Below, piece after piece: positions 28,603 through 38,338 of a stretch of 64,000 bases of DNA. Numbering within the stretch: the first letter of the stretch is position 1; each line of letters begins with the position of its first letter. The translations under genes and the position numbers were made by a program. The DNA comes from Candidatus Rokuibacteriota bacterium (lineage in GTDB: Bacteria > Methylomirabilota > Methylomirabilia > Rokubacteriales > CSP1-6), in the NCBI GenBank assembly GCA_003220345.1, contig QHSC01000099.1:1601-65600 (forward strand). Direction: 5' to 3'. Under the pieces are notes generated by a model. That model ran no database searches, was not told where the DNA came from, and saw nothing but the letters and a program-made list of their open reading frames with translations.

Positions 28603-30924
28603 TTACAGGCGAGGCGAGCCTGGAGCGCCGCGCTCTCGGCTCATCTTCTGGTACAGCAGCCCGACGAGCAAGAGAACCACGCCGAGGAGAAGGAAGGACA
28701 ACATCCGGTAGAGCGTCTTGACGGAGGCGAGGTCGACCACGAAGACCTTGAAGATCGTCAAACCCAGGAGACCAAGCGCGCCATAGCGCAGCGGCGCAGA
28801 GCGGCGAAGGAATCCCCAGGCAAGGACTGCCGCCGCGTAGAGCGTCCACAGCACAGACAGGCCCACCTGCGTTCTCCAGCGGATCTCGCTCCGGAGACCG
28901 CGTCGCGACGCCCCCGGCTTCGCGTCTTGCAAGAGCGCGTTCTGATAGCGGGTCCACCCCTGGCTCAGCACGAAGAGCAGCACCACGCCCGCCGTGCCCG
29001 AAACGGTGCGGCCCACGGTGCCCGCGTGCACCGACGCGCCCGAGCCGGCCAGCCACCGGCCCGCCAGTCCGATCACCGCACAGGCCACGATGCGCGCGAC
29101 GAGGTAGCGATTGAGCAGATCCTCGGCCGCGGCCTTGGCCATGCTGTCATCGGCCATGAGCACGCGCGCGAGCAGCATCAGCGCAGCCAGCGGCACCGCG
29201 ACCGCGAAGGTTGGCGAGGCGATGAGACGAGACAGCGCGCCCAGGACCAGGACCTGGGCGGCGAGAAGCCCGGCCGGCCAGAGCCCGGACGGCTCCCGCC
29301 ACAGAAGGACCGAGAGCGTCTGGGAGGCAAGGACCCACAGAACGGCCCTCAGCACCTCCGGCTTCGTGGTCAAGAGCTGATCGCCACGCAGCGAGAGCGC
29401 GAGCTGCCCCGCCGCCACGATGGCGGCGACGGTCAGGAGATGCGCGAGGAAGGTCGCGTTCCACACGGGCGGCCAGTTCGGGGAGGCCCACGTGTCGCCC
29501 CCCCACACCCGCAACACGGCCAGGATGAGCGCGGCCGTGCCGCCCCAGGCGGCGACGGGCGTGGCCACGCGGGGAGCAAGCCACAGGAGCACGGCGCCCT
29601 CCGCCGCCCAGGCGAGGGTGATCCACGGTCCCTTGAGGGCCAGCGGGATGGCCAGCGTCACGAAGACACACGCCACCCCGATGAGCACGCCGACGGTGGC
29701 GTCATCGCCCGGCACGCGGCGGCGGTAGACGCCGGCCACGATCGTGTACAGGATGGCCAGCGCCAGCGCCACCGGCGCTTCCAGGATCGGCCGCCACGCC
29801 TCGAGAGTGATGTAGACCGCCCAGAAGTAGCCCGCCGCCGTGCCGGCCACGATGAGGAGATCGACCTCGCGAAGGCGGCGCCCCTGGCTCCACTCGCGGG
29901 CCAGCGGCGTGAGGAGGAAGAGGACGAAGAGCGCGGTGAGAAGGGCCAGACGCACCACCGGCGTCTCCGCCTCGGGCTGGCGCGTGAAGGTGGGGACGAG
30001 CAAGAGCACCGTGCCCGCCCAGGCCAGACGGTTCAGCGCGCTCCAGGTTCGGAAGCGCGCGATGGCGAGCACGAGGAAGTCGAGGACGACGAGGTATCCC
30101 ATGAGCACGCGCTCGTTGGGCTGATCGCTGGCGAGAAGCACGGGAGTGAGGAGCCCGCCCAGCAGCGCGAGCACGGCCGTCACCTGCCGCTCCGAGATGA
30201 CCGCGACGATGGTGCCGAGCACGGTGACGACGAACATGAGCCCGAAGGCCGCCCCCACGCGCAGCAGCTCGTAGTAGGCATAGCCCGCGTAGAGCGAGAG
30301 GTAGCAGAGCCCGAGACCCAGGCCCGAGAGCGCCTCGGAGAGATAGGGGACATCGCGTCTGCGGTGTAGCACCAGGCCCGCCAGCAAGGCCGCGATGCCC
30401 GCGGCGAGCCCCAGGCCGAGCCTGGCGCGAGGGCCAATCAGGTTGTTCTCGATGGACCACTTCACCGCGAACGACGCGGCAAAGAGAATGGCGACGACGC
30501 CGACCCAGGTGGCCCAGCGCCCGCCGATCCGCTGCTCGAGATCCAGTCGCGGCGATGGGGCGGGCCCGGACGGGGCGGGCGCGGGCGCCACGGCGTCCCG
30601 TGTGGAGGTGGCGGCCGCGGTCTCGGCGGGAGCCAGGGTGGGCTCGGGAGCCGAGGGCGGCGCGGAGACGACGGGCTCGGGCCCTGTTGACATCGAAGGC
30701 GACGGGACCTCAGAGGGCGTCGGGGATACATCTGGCCTCGGAGCACGCGGCTGGGACTGCTGCTCGAGGGTCCAGACCCGATAGAGGAGGTCGCGGATCC
30801 TTTCCTCGAGGGCCGCGATGCGCTCGGCCGGCGTCGGCTGCCCCGGGCGAGGCCTGTACTCGCGCAGCACTTTGAGGGACACGGCCAGCGCACCAACCGC
30901 CACGAAGAGGGCCAGTAACGCCAT
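28603..30924 (-). CDS. DUF2339-like large polytopic membrane protein
   Basis: 773 aa: an N-terminal TM, a short coiled segment (ERIAALEERIRDLLYRV), a Pro/Ala/Ser-rich linker, then about 20 hydrophobic helices. Family assignment is from memory. Confidence 0.7.
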   Translation of the reverse strand: MALLALFVAVGALAVSLKVLREYRPRPGQPTPAERIAALEERIRDLLYRVWTLEQQSQPRAPRPDVSPTPSEVPSPSMSTGPEPVVSAPPSAPEPTLAPAETAAATSTRDAVAPAPAPSGPAPSPRLDLEQRIGGRWATWVGVVAILFAASFAVKWSIENNLIGPRARLGLGLAAGIAALLAGLVLHRRRDVPYLSEALSGLGLGLCYLSLYAGYAYYELLRVGAAFGLMFVVTVLGTIVAVISERQVTAVLALLGGLLTPVLLASDQPNERVLMGYLVVLDFLVLAIARFRTWSALNRLAWAGTVLLLVPTFTRQPEAETPVVRLALLTALFVLFLLTPLAREWSQGRRLREVDLLIVAGTAAGYFWAVYITLEAWRPILEAPVALALAILYTIVAGVYRRRVPGDDATVGVLIGVACVFVTLAIPLALKGPWITLAWAAEGAVLLWLAPRVATPVAAWGGTAALILAVLRVWGGDTWASPNWPPVWNATFLAHLLTVAAIVAAGQLALSLRGDQLLTTKPEVLRAVLWVLASQTLSVLLWREPSGLWPAGLLAAQVLVLGALSRLIASPTFAVAVPLAALMLLARVLMADDSMAKAAAEDLLNRYLVARIVACAVIGLAGRWLAGSGASVHAGTVGRTVSGTAGVVLLFVLSQGWTRYQNALLQDAKPGASRRGLRSEIRWRTQVGLSVLWTLYAAAVLAWGFLRRSAPLRYGALGLLGLTIFKVFVVDLASVKTLYRMLSFLLLGVVLLLVGLLYQKMSRERGAPGSPRL

Positions 30925-31041
30925 GCTGCGAGGAGCCTACACCAGAACTTCGAGAGGTCGGGCGCCATTTCCCTCGTCTGGCGTCACTTACGGCTCGGTC
31001 AGCGTTTCGGCTCCTCAGTCCGGGCTATAATCGGTCACCCT

Positions 31042-32235
31042 ATGGACGCGCCGCTCGCCGGTGTCCTCGTCGCCGATCTGACCCAGAACGTGGCCGGCCC
31101 CACCTGCACCCAGATCCTGGGCGACATGGGCGCGGACGTGATCAAGGTCGAGCGTCCGGGGCGCGGCGACGACGCGCGGGCCTGGGCGCCGCCCCTCTGG
31201 GGAGAGGAGAGCGCCACCTTCATGAGCTTCAACCGCAGCAAGCGGAGCCTGGCCGTCGACATGAAGGCCGAAGACGGGCGGGCGATCCTCGAGCGTCTGA
31301 TCCAGCGCGCCGACGTCCTCGTCCAGTCGCTCCGCGCGGGGGCCATCGAGGAGCTGGGGCTCGGCTGGGAGCGCGCGCGGGCGATCAATCCGCGGCTCGT
31401 CTACTGCTCGATCACGGCCTTCGGCACGCAGGGGCCGCTCAGCGACCGGCCCGGGTACGATCCGCTCATGCAGGCCTATGGCGGGCTCATGTCCGTCAAT
31501 GGGCACGCGGGGCAGCCGCCCGCGCGCGTCCCCGTTTCCATCGTGGACATGGGCACGGGCATGTGGGCGGTCATCGCCATCCTGGGGGCCTTGCGGGAGC
31601 GCGAGCGCACGGGCCGCGGCGTCAACGTGACGACAGCGCTCTTCGAGACGGCCCTCGCCTGGACCACCTTTCAGATGACCCACTACTTCGCCACCGGCGA
31701 GATCCCGCAGCCCCAAGGCTCCGGCACCGCGATGATCTGCCCGTACGAGGCCTTCCCCACGCGGGATGCCTGGGTCATGATCGCCGCGGGCTCCGACGCG
31801 CTCTTTCTCAAGGCGGCCACCGCGCTCGGCGCCCCCGAGCTGCCGCGCGATGCGCGATTTGCCGACAATCCCGCGCGCGTCGCGCATCGCGGCGAGCTCT
31901 TCGACGCGCTGTCGCGGATCACGCGCGGGCTCGCGAGCGCCGAGGTTCTCGCGCGGCTCCAGAGCGCCGGCGTGCCGTGCGCGCCCATCCTGACGCTCGA
32001 CCGCGTCGCCGCGGAGCCCCAGACCGAAGCGAGCGGCATGCTGATCTCCGCCAAGCATCCGCGGCTTCCCGACTACCGCACCGTCGGGCTGCCCGTGCGC
32101 TGGGACGGCGAGCGGCCCGGCGTGGCCCGCGTGCCCCCGCTGCTCGGCGAGCACACCGCCGAGGTGCTGGGCGCTCTCGGCTACGACGAAGCGGCCGTCA
32201 AGGATCTCGCGAGGCGCCATGTCATCCAGCTATAA
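31042..32235 (+). CDS. Family III CoA-transferase (CaiB/BaiF)
   Basis: 397 aa. PLAGVLVADLTQNVAGPTCTQILGDMGADVIKVERP is the typical N-terminal signature. Confidence 0.9.
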   Translation: MDAPLAGVLVADLTQNVAGPTCTQILGDMGADVIKVERPGRGDDARAWAPPLWGEESATFMSFNRSKRSLAVDMKAEDGRAILERLIQRADVLVQSLRAGAIEELGLGWERARAINPRLVYCSITAFGTQGPLSDRPGYDPLMQAYGGLMSVNGHAGQPPARVPVSIVDMGTGMWAVIAILGALRERERTGRGVNVTTALFETALAWTTFQMTHYFATGEIPQPQGSGTAMICPYEAFPTRDAWVMIAAGSDALFLKAATALGAPELPRDARFADNPARVAHRGELFDALSRITRGLASAEVLARLQSAGVPCAPILTLDRVAAEPQTEASGMLISAKHPRLPDYRTVGLPVRWDGERPGVARVPPLLGEHTAEVLGALGYDEAAVKDLARRHVIQL

Positions 32236-33013
32236 GACGATCAACGTCTCGGCCTCGCCCGACGGTCACGTCGTCACCGTCGAGCTCAACCGGCCCGAGG
32301 CGCTCAATGCCATGAACACGGCCATGGGCGAGGACCTCGTGCGCTGCTTCGAGGCCTTCCAGTGGGACAGGACGGCGCGCTGCGTGGTCTTCACGGGCGC
32401 CGGCACCAAGGCCTTCTGCGTGGGCGGCGACCTGAAGGAGCGCGAGGGCATGGCGGACGAGACATGGCGCGCCCAGCACGCCATCTTCGAGGCGGCCGCG
32501 GCCAAGGTGCTCCACTGCCCCGTGCCCGTGATCGCCGCCGTCGAGGGCTTCGCCATGGGCGGCGGCTGCGAGCTGGCCGTGCTCTCCGATTTCATCGTCG
32601 CCTCGGAGACGGCCGTCTTCGCGGTGCCCGAGGTGACGCGCGGGATCTTTCCCGGCATTGGCGGGACGCAATTGCTCCCGCGCATCATCGGGGCGCCGCT
32701 GGCCAAGGAGATGATCTTCACGGGGCGCCGCGTGCCCGCGGCGGAGGCCAAGGCCATCGGGCTCGTGAACCATCTCGTGCCCGCCGGCCAGGCGCGCGCC
32801 AGGGCCCTCGAGATCGCCCAGGTCATCGCGGACAATGGGCCCATCGCCGTCCGCCAGGCCAAGAAGGCGGTGAGCTGGGGGAGCGAGACCGACCTCGAGA
32901 CGGGTATGGCCCTGGCCATCGAGGCCTACAATGTCACTGTCACCACCGACGATCGCCTGGAGGGTGTGCGGGCGTTCAACGAGAAGCGCAAGCCGCGCTT
33001 TCAGGGGAAATAG
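32219..33013 (+). CDS. Enoyl-CoA hydratase/isomerase (crotonase) family protein
   Basis: 264 aa. FCVGGDLKE and the oxyanion-hole GGGCELA motif. Overlaps the upstream gene by 17 nt. Confidence 0.9.
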   Translation: MSSSYKTINVSASPDGHVVTVELNRPEALNAMNTAMGEDLVRCFEAFQWDRTARCVVFTGAGTKAFCVGGDLKEREGMADETWRAQHAIFEAAAAKVLHCPVPVIAAVEGFAMGGGCELAVLSDFIVASETAVFAVPEVTRGIFPGIGGTQLLPRIIGAPLAKEMIFTGRRVPAAEAKAIGLVNHLVPAGQARARALEIAQVIADNGPIAVRQAKKAVSWGSETDLETGMALAIEAYNVTVTTDDRLEGVRAFNEKRKPRFQGK

Positions 33014-33015
33014 GC

Positions 33016-34188
33016 ATGAAGGATATGAGCTTCGCGCTCACCGACGATCAGAAGGCGCTCAAGACGGCGGTCTACGACCTGTGCAAGCAGTACACGGGCG
33101 AGTACTGGCGCGAGCTGGACGCCAAGCGCGAGTACCCCGACGCGTTCATCAACGACCTGACCAAGGCGGGCTATCTCGCCGTCCTCATCCCGCAGGAGTA
33201 CGGCGGCGCCGGCCTCGGCATCATGGAGGCAGCGCTCATCCTGGAAGAGATCAACCGCTCGGGCGGCAACGGCGGGGCCTGCCACGCGCAGATGTACATC
33301 ATGGGCACCGTGCTGCGCCACGGCTCCGAGCCGCAGAAGCGCCAGTACCTGCCCAAGCTCGCCACCGGCGAGCTGCGGCTGCAGGCCTTCGGCGTCACCG
33401 AGCCCAACGCGGGGTCGGACACGACCAAGCTCCAGACCACGGCGATCAAGAAGGGCGACCGCTACGTGGTCAACGGCCAGAAGATGTTCATCTCCCGCGT
33501 GCTCCAGTCCGACCTCATGCTCCTGCTCGCCCGGACCACACCGGTGGACCAGGTGAAGAAGAAGACGGACGGGCTCAGCGTCTTCCTCATCGACATCCGC
33601 GAGGCCAAGGGCAAGGGCCTGGACGTGCGGCCGCTCCGGATGATGATGAACCACTCCACCAACGCGCTCTTCTTCGACAACCTGGAGATCCCCGCGAGCA
33701 GCCTCATCGGTCAGGAGGGCAAGGGCTTCTCCTACATCCTCGACGGCATGAACGCCGAGCGCATCCTCGTCGCCTCGGACTCGCTGGGCGACGCGCGGTG
33801 GTTCATCGAGAAGGCCGTCGCCTACTCGAGCCAGCGCGTCATCTTCGGCAAGCCGATCGGCGCCAACCAGGGCGTCCAGTTCCCCATCGCCAAGGCGTAC
33901 ATGGCCATCGAGGCCGCCGACCTCATGCGCACCAAGGCGGCCAAGCTCTTCGATGCCGACATCTCGTGCGGGCCGGAGGCGAACATGGCCAAGTACCTCG
34001 CCTCCGAGGCGGCCATCGAGGCGGGCAACGCCTGCATCGACTGCCACGGGGGCTACGGCTTCGCCGAGGAGTACGACATCGAGCGCAAGTTCCGCGAGTC
34101 GCGCCTCTACCGCGCGGCGCCCATCAACAACAACCTGATCATGGCCTACGTCGGGGAGCACGTCCTCGGCATGCCCCGCTCGTACTAG
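33016..34188 (+). CDS. Acyl-CoA dehydrogenase
   Basis: ATG 33016 within the 32362..34188 ORF, 2 nt after the previous stop. ACAD pattern along the length (GVTEPNAGSD, catalytic-base region YGFAEEYDIERKFRE). Confidence 0.9.
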   Translation: MKDMSFALTDDQKALKTAVYDLCKQYTGEYWRELDAKREYPDAFINDLTKAGYLAVLIPQEYGGAGLGIMEAALILEEINRSGGNGGACHAQMYIMGTVLRHGSEPQKRQYLPKLATGELRLQAFGVTEPNAGSDTTKLQTTAIKKGDRYVVNGQKMFISRVLQSDLMLLLARTTPVDQVKKKTDGLSVFLIDIREAKGKGLDVRPLRMMMNHSTNALFFDNLEIPASSLIGQEGKGFSYILDGMNAERILVASDSLGDARWFIEKAVAYSSQRVIFGKPIGANQGVQFPIAKAYMAIEAADLMRTKAAKLFDADISCGPEANMAKYLASEAAIEAGNACIDCHGGYGFAEEYDIERKFRESRLYRAAPINNNLIMAYVGEHVLGMPRSY

Positions 34189-34191
34189 AGC

Positions 34192-35133
34192 GTGCCAAGC
34201 CTGCCTGAGGTCGATCGCCTGTCCATCACCACGGTGGTGGACAACTTCATCGACAACCTGCGCGCGGACGAGAAGGTGGCGAAGCGCTTCACCCACGCCC
34301 AGGCCCGCCGCATGCCCACCCTCAAGGCCGAGCACGGCCTGGGCCACTGGGTCGAGGTGGAGCGTGGCGGGGAGCGGGGGCGCATCGCCTTCGACTTCGG
34401 GCTCACCGCCGAGAGCTACAACCACAACTTCCTGGAGCTGGGGCTCGAGGCGGGCAAGGTCGACGCGGTCGCCTTGAGTCACGGCCACATGGACCACTAC
34501 GGCGGGCTGGGCGGGTTCCTCAAGACCTACCGCCGGCGGATGAAGCGCGACGTCGTCTTCTACGGCGGCAGCGACCACTTCCTGCCGCGCTACAACGAGC
34601 GGAACAGCCAGCGCGTCTACGTCGGCCGACTCGATCGCGACGAGCTGGAGCGCTACGACCTCGACGTGCGGGTGGTCGAGAAGCCCACCGTGCTGCCCGA
34701 GGGCGTCCTCCTAAGTGGCGAGATGCACGAGACGGCGCCCTTCGAGATCATTCCCCCCTCGCTCAAGGTCGAGCGCGATGGCGAAGTGGTCCAGGACACC
34801 TTCATCGGCGAGCAGACGCTCGTCGCCAATGTCAGGAACCGCGGCCTCGTCGTCGTCACCTCGTGCTCCCACCGCGGCATCGTCGGCATCTGCCGCCATG
34901 CTGTCAAGGTCACCGGCGTCTCGAAGGTGCACGCCGTCATGGGCGGTTTCCACCTCTCGGGGCTGGCGGGCGAGCGCATCACCCAGGTCGTGGACGCTTT
35001 CCGCGGCCTCGACCTGGACTACCTGATCCCGCAGCACTGCACCGGGCTCGAAGCCGTCATCCAGATGGCTGTGCATCTGCCGAAGGAGCTGGTGGTAAGC
35101 TCGGTGGGAAGCACGTTCACTTTCGGTGCCTGA
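34192..35133 (+). CDS. MBL-fold metallo-hydrolase (COG1237-like)
   Basis: 313 aa with the HxHxDH motif as LSHGHMDHYGG. GTG start 3 nt after the ACAD stop. Confidence 0.8.
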   Translation: MPSLPEVDRLSITTVVDNFIDNLRADEKVAKRFTHAQARRMPTLKAEHGLGHWVEVERGGERGRIAFDFGLTAESYNHNFLELGLEAGKVDAVALSHGHMDHYGGLGGFLKTYRRRMKRDVVFYGGSDHFLPRYNERNSQRVYVGRLDRDELERYDLDVRVVEKPTVLPEGVLLSGEMHETAPFEIIPPSLKVERDGEVVQDTFIGEQTLVANVRNRGLVVVTSCSHRGIVGICRHAVKVTGVSKVHAVMGGFHLSGLAGERITQVVDAFRGLDLDYLIPQHCTGLEAVIQMAVHLPKELVVSSVGSTFTFGA

Positions 35134-35142
35134 GGAGACGCC

Positions 35143-36090
35143 ATGAAGCTGCCCAAGCGCGTGACCATCTGCGAGGTGGGAACTCGGGACGGGTTCCAGA
35201 TCGAGCCCGACTTCATTCCCACCGAGGCCAAGATCGAGGTTGTGAACAAGCTCGCGGCCACCGGCATGCCGCGCATCGAGGTGACCTCGTTCGTCTCGCC
35301 CAAGGCGGTGCCCCAGCTCAAGGACGCCGAGACCGTGATGGCGGGAATCACGAGGCGCCCGGGCACGCGCTACTCCGCCCTCGTGCCCAATGACAAGGGC
35401 GCCGTGCGCGCCGTCGACGCGGGCGTGGATGACATCCACACGGTGGTCTCGGCGAGCGAGAGCCACAATCTCGCCAACGTCAACATGTCGGTCGCCGAAT
35501 CGCTCGTCAAGCTCACGGCGACGGCAGAGGTCGCTCATCGCGCGGGCAAGCCCGTGTATTCCGGCATCTCCTGCTCCTTCGGCTGTCCCTTCGAGGGCGA
35601 CGTGCCCGTGGCCCAGCTCGAGTCCGTGGTCGCGCGCCTCGTGGACATGGGCGCCACGGGCATCGGCCTCGCAGACACCACGGGCATGGCGAACCCCGCT
35701 CAGGTCACCCGCGTGCTCGAGCACCTGATGCCGCGCTTCGCCGGCGTCGAGTGGACCCTGCACACGCACGACACTCGCGCCATGGCCATCCCGAACATCC
35801 TCGCCGCCATGGAGATGGGCGTCACCCACTTCGACGGCTCCATCGGCGGCCTGGGCGGCTGTCCTTTCGCGCCGGGCGCTTCCGGCAACGTCTGCACCGA
35901 GGACCTCGTGCACTGTCTCTCCGCCATGGGCGTGGAGACGGGCATCGACCTGGACGCGCTCATCGGCGTGTCGAAGCGCGTGCAGGAGATCGTGGGACGC
36001 GTGCTCCCCGGGCAGATCGTCAAGGCGGGCGCGTGGAGCCGGCGCTATCCCCTTCCCGACGGCGTGAAGGAGCGCCTCGCCGCCCGGTGA
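35143..36090 (+). CDS. Hydroxymethylglutaryl-CoA lyase family (HMGL-like) protein
   Basis: ICEVGTRDGFQ, THTHDT and GGLGGCPFAPGASGN motifs of the HMGL/pyruvate carboxyltransferase family. Confidence 0.9.
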   Translation: MKLPKRVTICEVGTRDGFQIEPDFIPTEAKIEVVNKLAATGMPRIEVTSFVSPKAVPQLKDAETVMAGITRRPGTRYSALVPNDKGAVRAVDAGVDDIHTVVSASESHNLANVNMSVAESLVKLTATAEVAHRAGKPVYSGISCSFGCPFEGDVPVAQLESVVARLVDMGATGIGLADTTGMANPAQVTRVLEHLMPRFAGVEWTLHTHDTRAMAIPNILAAMEMGVTHFDGSIGGLGGCPFAPGASGNVCTEDLVHCLSAMGVETGIDLDALIGVSKRVQEIVGRVLPGQIVKAGAWSRRYPLPDGVKERLAAR

Positions 36091-36641
36091 CCAAGCGCGC
36101 GCAGAAGATGCTGCGCCTGATGGACCGCGCCGTCACCGAGTGGCACATTCCGGTCATCGGGAAGGAGAAGGGCCGCGTGATCAAGCGGCTCCTCGCCCGC
36201 CACAAGCCCACGCGGGGAATCGAGGTCGGCTCGCTCTTCGGGTACTCGGCCATCCTCATCGCGGCCAACATGCCGCGAGGTGGGCACCTGACCTGCGTCG
36301 AGCAGAATCCCTACCTCGCGCGCTTCGCCCAGTCCAACGCCGATCACGCGGGGCTCAAGAGCCGCGTGAAGGTCGTGGTGGGTGACGCGCTCCGTGTCCT
36401 TCCCTTTCTGCGGGGCCCCGTGGACTTCGTGCTCATCGACGCGAAGAAGGAAGACTACCTCGACTACCTGAAAGCCCTCGAGCCGCGCTTCGTCAAGGGC
36501 GCCCTCGTCATCGCCGACAACACGGGCGTGTACCGCCGCGAGGTCAAGCCCTACCTCGAGCACGTCCGGAACGGCTCGTACGCGACCCGCGAGCTCGACT
36601 TCGGCTTCGACTGCATGGAAGTCTCGACGTACCGCGGATAG
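36087..36641 (+). CDS. Class I SAM-dependent O-methyltransferase (family 3, caffeoyl-CoA OMT-like)
   Basis: IEVGSLFGYSAILIA (SAM motif I) and DFVLIDAKKEDY. GTG 36087 overlaps the HMGL stop (GTGA). Alternative ATG at 36108. Confidence 0.8.
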   Translation: MTKRAQKMLRLMDRAVTEWHIPVIGKEKGRVIKRLLARHKPTRGIEVGSLFGYSAILIAANMPRGGHLTCVEQNPYLARFAQSNADHAGLKSRVKVVVGDALRVLPFLRGPVDFVLIDAKKEDYLDYLKALEPRFVKGALVIADNTGVYRREVKPYLEHVRNGSYATRELDFGFDCMEVSTYRG

Positions 36642-36646
36642 CCGGC

Positions 36647-37150
36647 ATGTTCGGCGAGAAACACGACCCCGAGTTCCTCAAGCATCTCTTCGACGAGACC
36701 GAGATCTTGCGCAAGCCCGTGGCCGGCATCATCGCCGGCTATCACATCCTCCCGTACATCCTGGTGGGACCGCAGGAAGATCAGCCGACCCGCGCCGTGG
36801 AGATTCGCGGCAAGATCAAGGTCTCGCCCCGACTGGTGCTGGCCCCGGGACGGGCGGGGCAGACCTATGGCGAGCTCTTCCAGGACGAAGGACTCATGGA
36901 CGAGGCCCTGGTCGCCCGCATCTTCTCTTTCGCCTACTCCTCGCGGCATCAAGTAACTCTGGAGAGCGAGGATCTGTCGATCAAGCGGCTCGAGCGCAAC
37001 CCCCAGGCGCAGATCGAGCGCGCCCTCGACGAGCTGGCCATGCGCGAGGTCATCAATACCGGTGTCATCAGGGCACCGAGCATCCGCTTCTATCCCGTGT
37101 CCCTCGATCGCTTCATCACCGAGATCCTCGATCAGGAGTTTCGGTCCTAA
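36647..37150 (+). CDS. Hypothetical protein (167 aa, no family recognised)
   Basis: ATG 5 nt after the upstream stop. Uninterrupted frame in the same tightly packed operon. Confidence 0.55.
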   Translation: MFGEKHDPEFLKHLFDETEILRKPVAGIIAGYHILPYILVGPQEDQPTRAVEIRGKIKVSPRLVLAPGRAGQTYGELFQDEGLMDEALVARIFSFAYSSRHQVTLESEDLSIKRLERNPQAQIERALDELAMREVINTGVIRAPSIRFYPVSLDRFITEILDQEFRS

Positions 37151-37159
37151 GCGGCCGCG

Positions 37160-37711
37160 ATGCCCACGCGCGAAGACTACCTGCGGCAGCCGCTCGAGCG
37201 GCGGCTCGCCCGCCTGGCCGGCACCGCTGACGAGCTCACCGAGGCAACCCGCAACCGAAGCGCCGCTCAGCTTGCCCGGCGGCCCGAGACCGCGAGCTGG
37301 TCGGCCACGGAGATCATCTGCCATCTCCGCGACGTGGAAGAGCTGTTCCGGATCCGCTTTCACACCATCCTCGCCCTGGACGATCCGCAGATCCTGACCT
37401 TCGGCGCCGAGCCAGCAGCCCTTGCCGCGTGGGGCATAGGCGGTCCGATAGGGCACCCGCTCGATCCCGATCGGTGGGCCGAGGAGCGGCAATACGCACG
37501 CAACGATCCGAGCCAGGCGCTCTCGGCCTTCCGACGCCATCGCGCGGAGACGGTCGCCCTCCTGGAATCGCTTACAGCGGCGCAATGGCAGCGAGGCGGC
37601 ATCCACCTCCGGCTCGGTCGGTTGACTCTCGGTGACTGGGTGGCCAGCCTCGCCGCTCACGATGACAATCACCTCGCTCAGCTTGAGCGCGCGCTCGAAG
37701 GCCGGGGCTGA
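37160..37711 (+). CDS. DinB superfamily protein
   Basis: 183 aa with the His triad pattern (ICHLRDVE ... AAHDDNHLAQL) typical of the DinB_2 four-helix-bundle family. Confidence 0.75.
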   Translation: MPTREDYLRQPLERRLARLAGTADELTEATRNRSAAQLARRPETASWSATEIICHLRDVEELFRIRFHTILALDDPQILTFGAEPAALAAWGIGGPIGHPLDPDRWAEERQYARNDPSQALSAFRRHRAETVALLESLTAAQWQRGGIHLRLGRLTLGDWVASLAAHDDNHLAQLERALEGRG

Positions 37712-37768
37712 CGGTGACCGGGTCGAACCGCTCACGGAGGCGGAGGTGCCGTCCTGCCCGACTGGCGA

Positions 37769-38338
37769 TCATCTGCGACGACGCCGAGGAGCCGCGCGAC
37801 GACGGATCTTCGCAGTCTCTTTCACGAATTCCTCGAACCGATCCGCGGCTCCCTCGGCCATGCTCCACCGCTTGAGTGTCGTGAGCAGGACCCTGTTCCG
37901 GGCGGCGATCCACGCAGCGACCGTGAGGCTCTGCCGATCACCCCAGTGGTAGAACGCGGCGAGGCGGTCGCGGCACGAATCGGTGGGCGAGAGCATCAGA
38001 ATCCGACCGTGCGACGTGGGCCGTGACAACGGGCGGATGCGATACTCGCCGCCTATGGCAAGGGGGCCACGAGGAAACTCGACGTAGAAGCGGGCGCGTG
38101 GATGCACGTAGCGGTCGCGCCTTCGGACGAAGCCGACGGAGGCCATGGCCGTATCCATCCCGGCTCGGGTCGCAGAACCGACCACGATGAAATCCAGGTC
38201 CCTCGAAGAATAGGCTCCCTCGCTGTAGAGAGCCGCGCAGGCCCCACCCGTCAAGACGGCCGGGATGCCGTGCGTGCGCAGGGCGCCAGCCACCGCGCCC
38301 GCGACGGCGCCAAGGCTCGAGCGCTCAGATAGCCTCAC
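37769..38338 (-). CDS. Minimal nucleotidyltransferase-fold protein (AbiEii-like candidate toxin)
   Basis: GTG 38338 overlaps the upstream stop (GTGA). VLTGGACAALYSEGAYSSRDLDFIV matches the pol-beta NTase hGGx9-13DhDh pattern. Arg-rich C-terminus. Confidence 0.55.
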   Translation of the reverse strand: MRLSERSSLGAVAGAVAGALRTHGIPAVLTGGACAALYSEGAYSSRDLDFIVVGSATRAGMDTAMASVGFVRRRDRYVHPRARFYVEFPRGPLAIGGEYRIRPLSRPTSHGRILMLSPTDSCRDRLAAFYHWGDRQSLTVAAWIAARNRVLLTTLKRWSMAEGAADRFEEFVKETAKIRRRAAPRRRRR

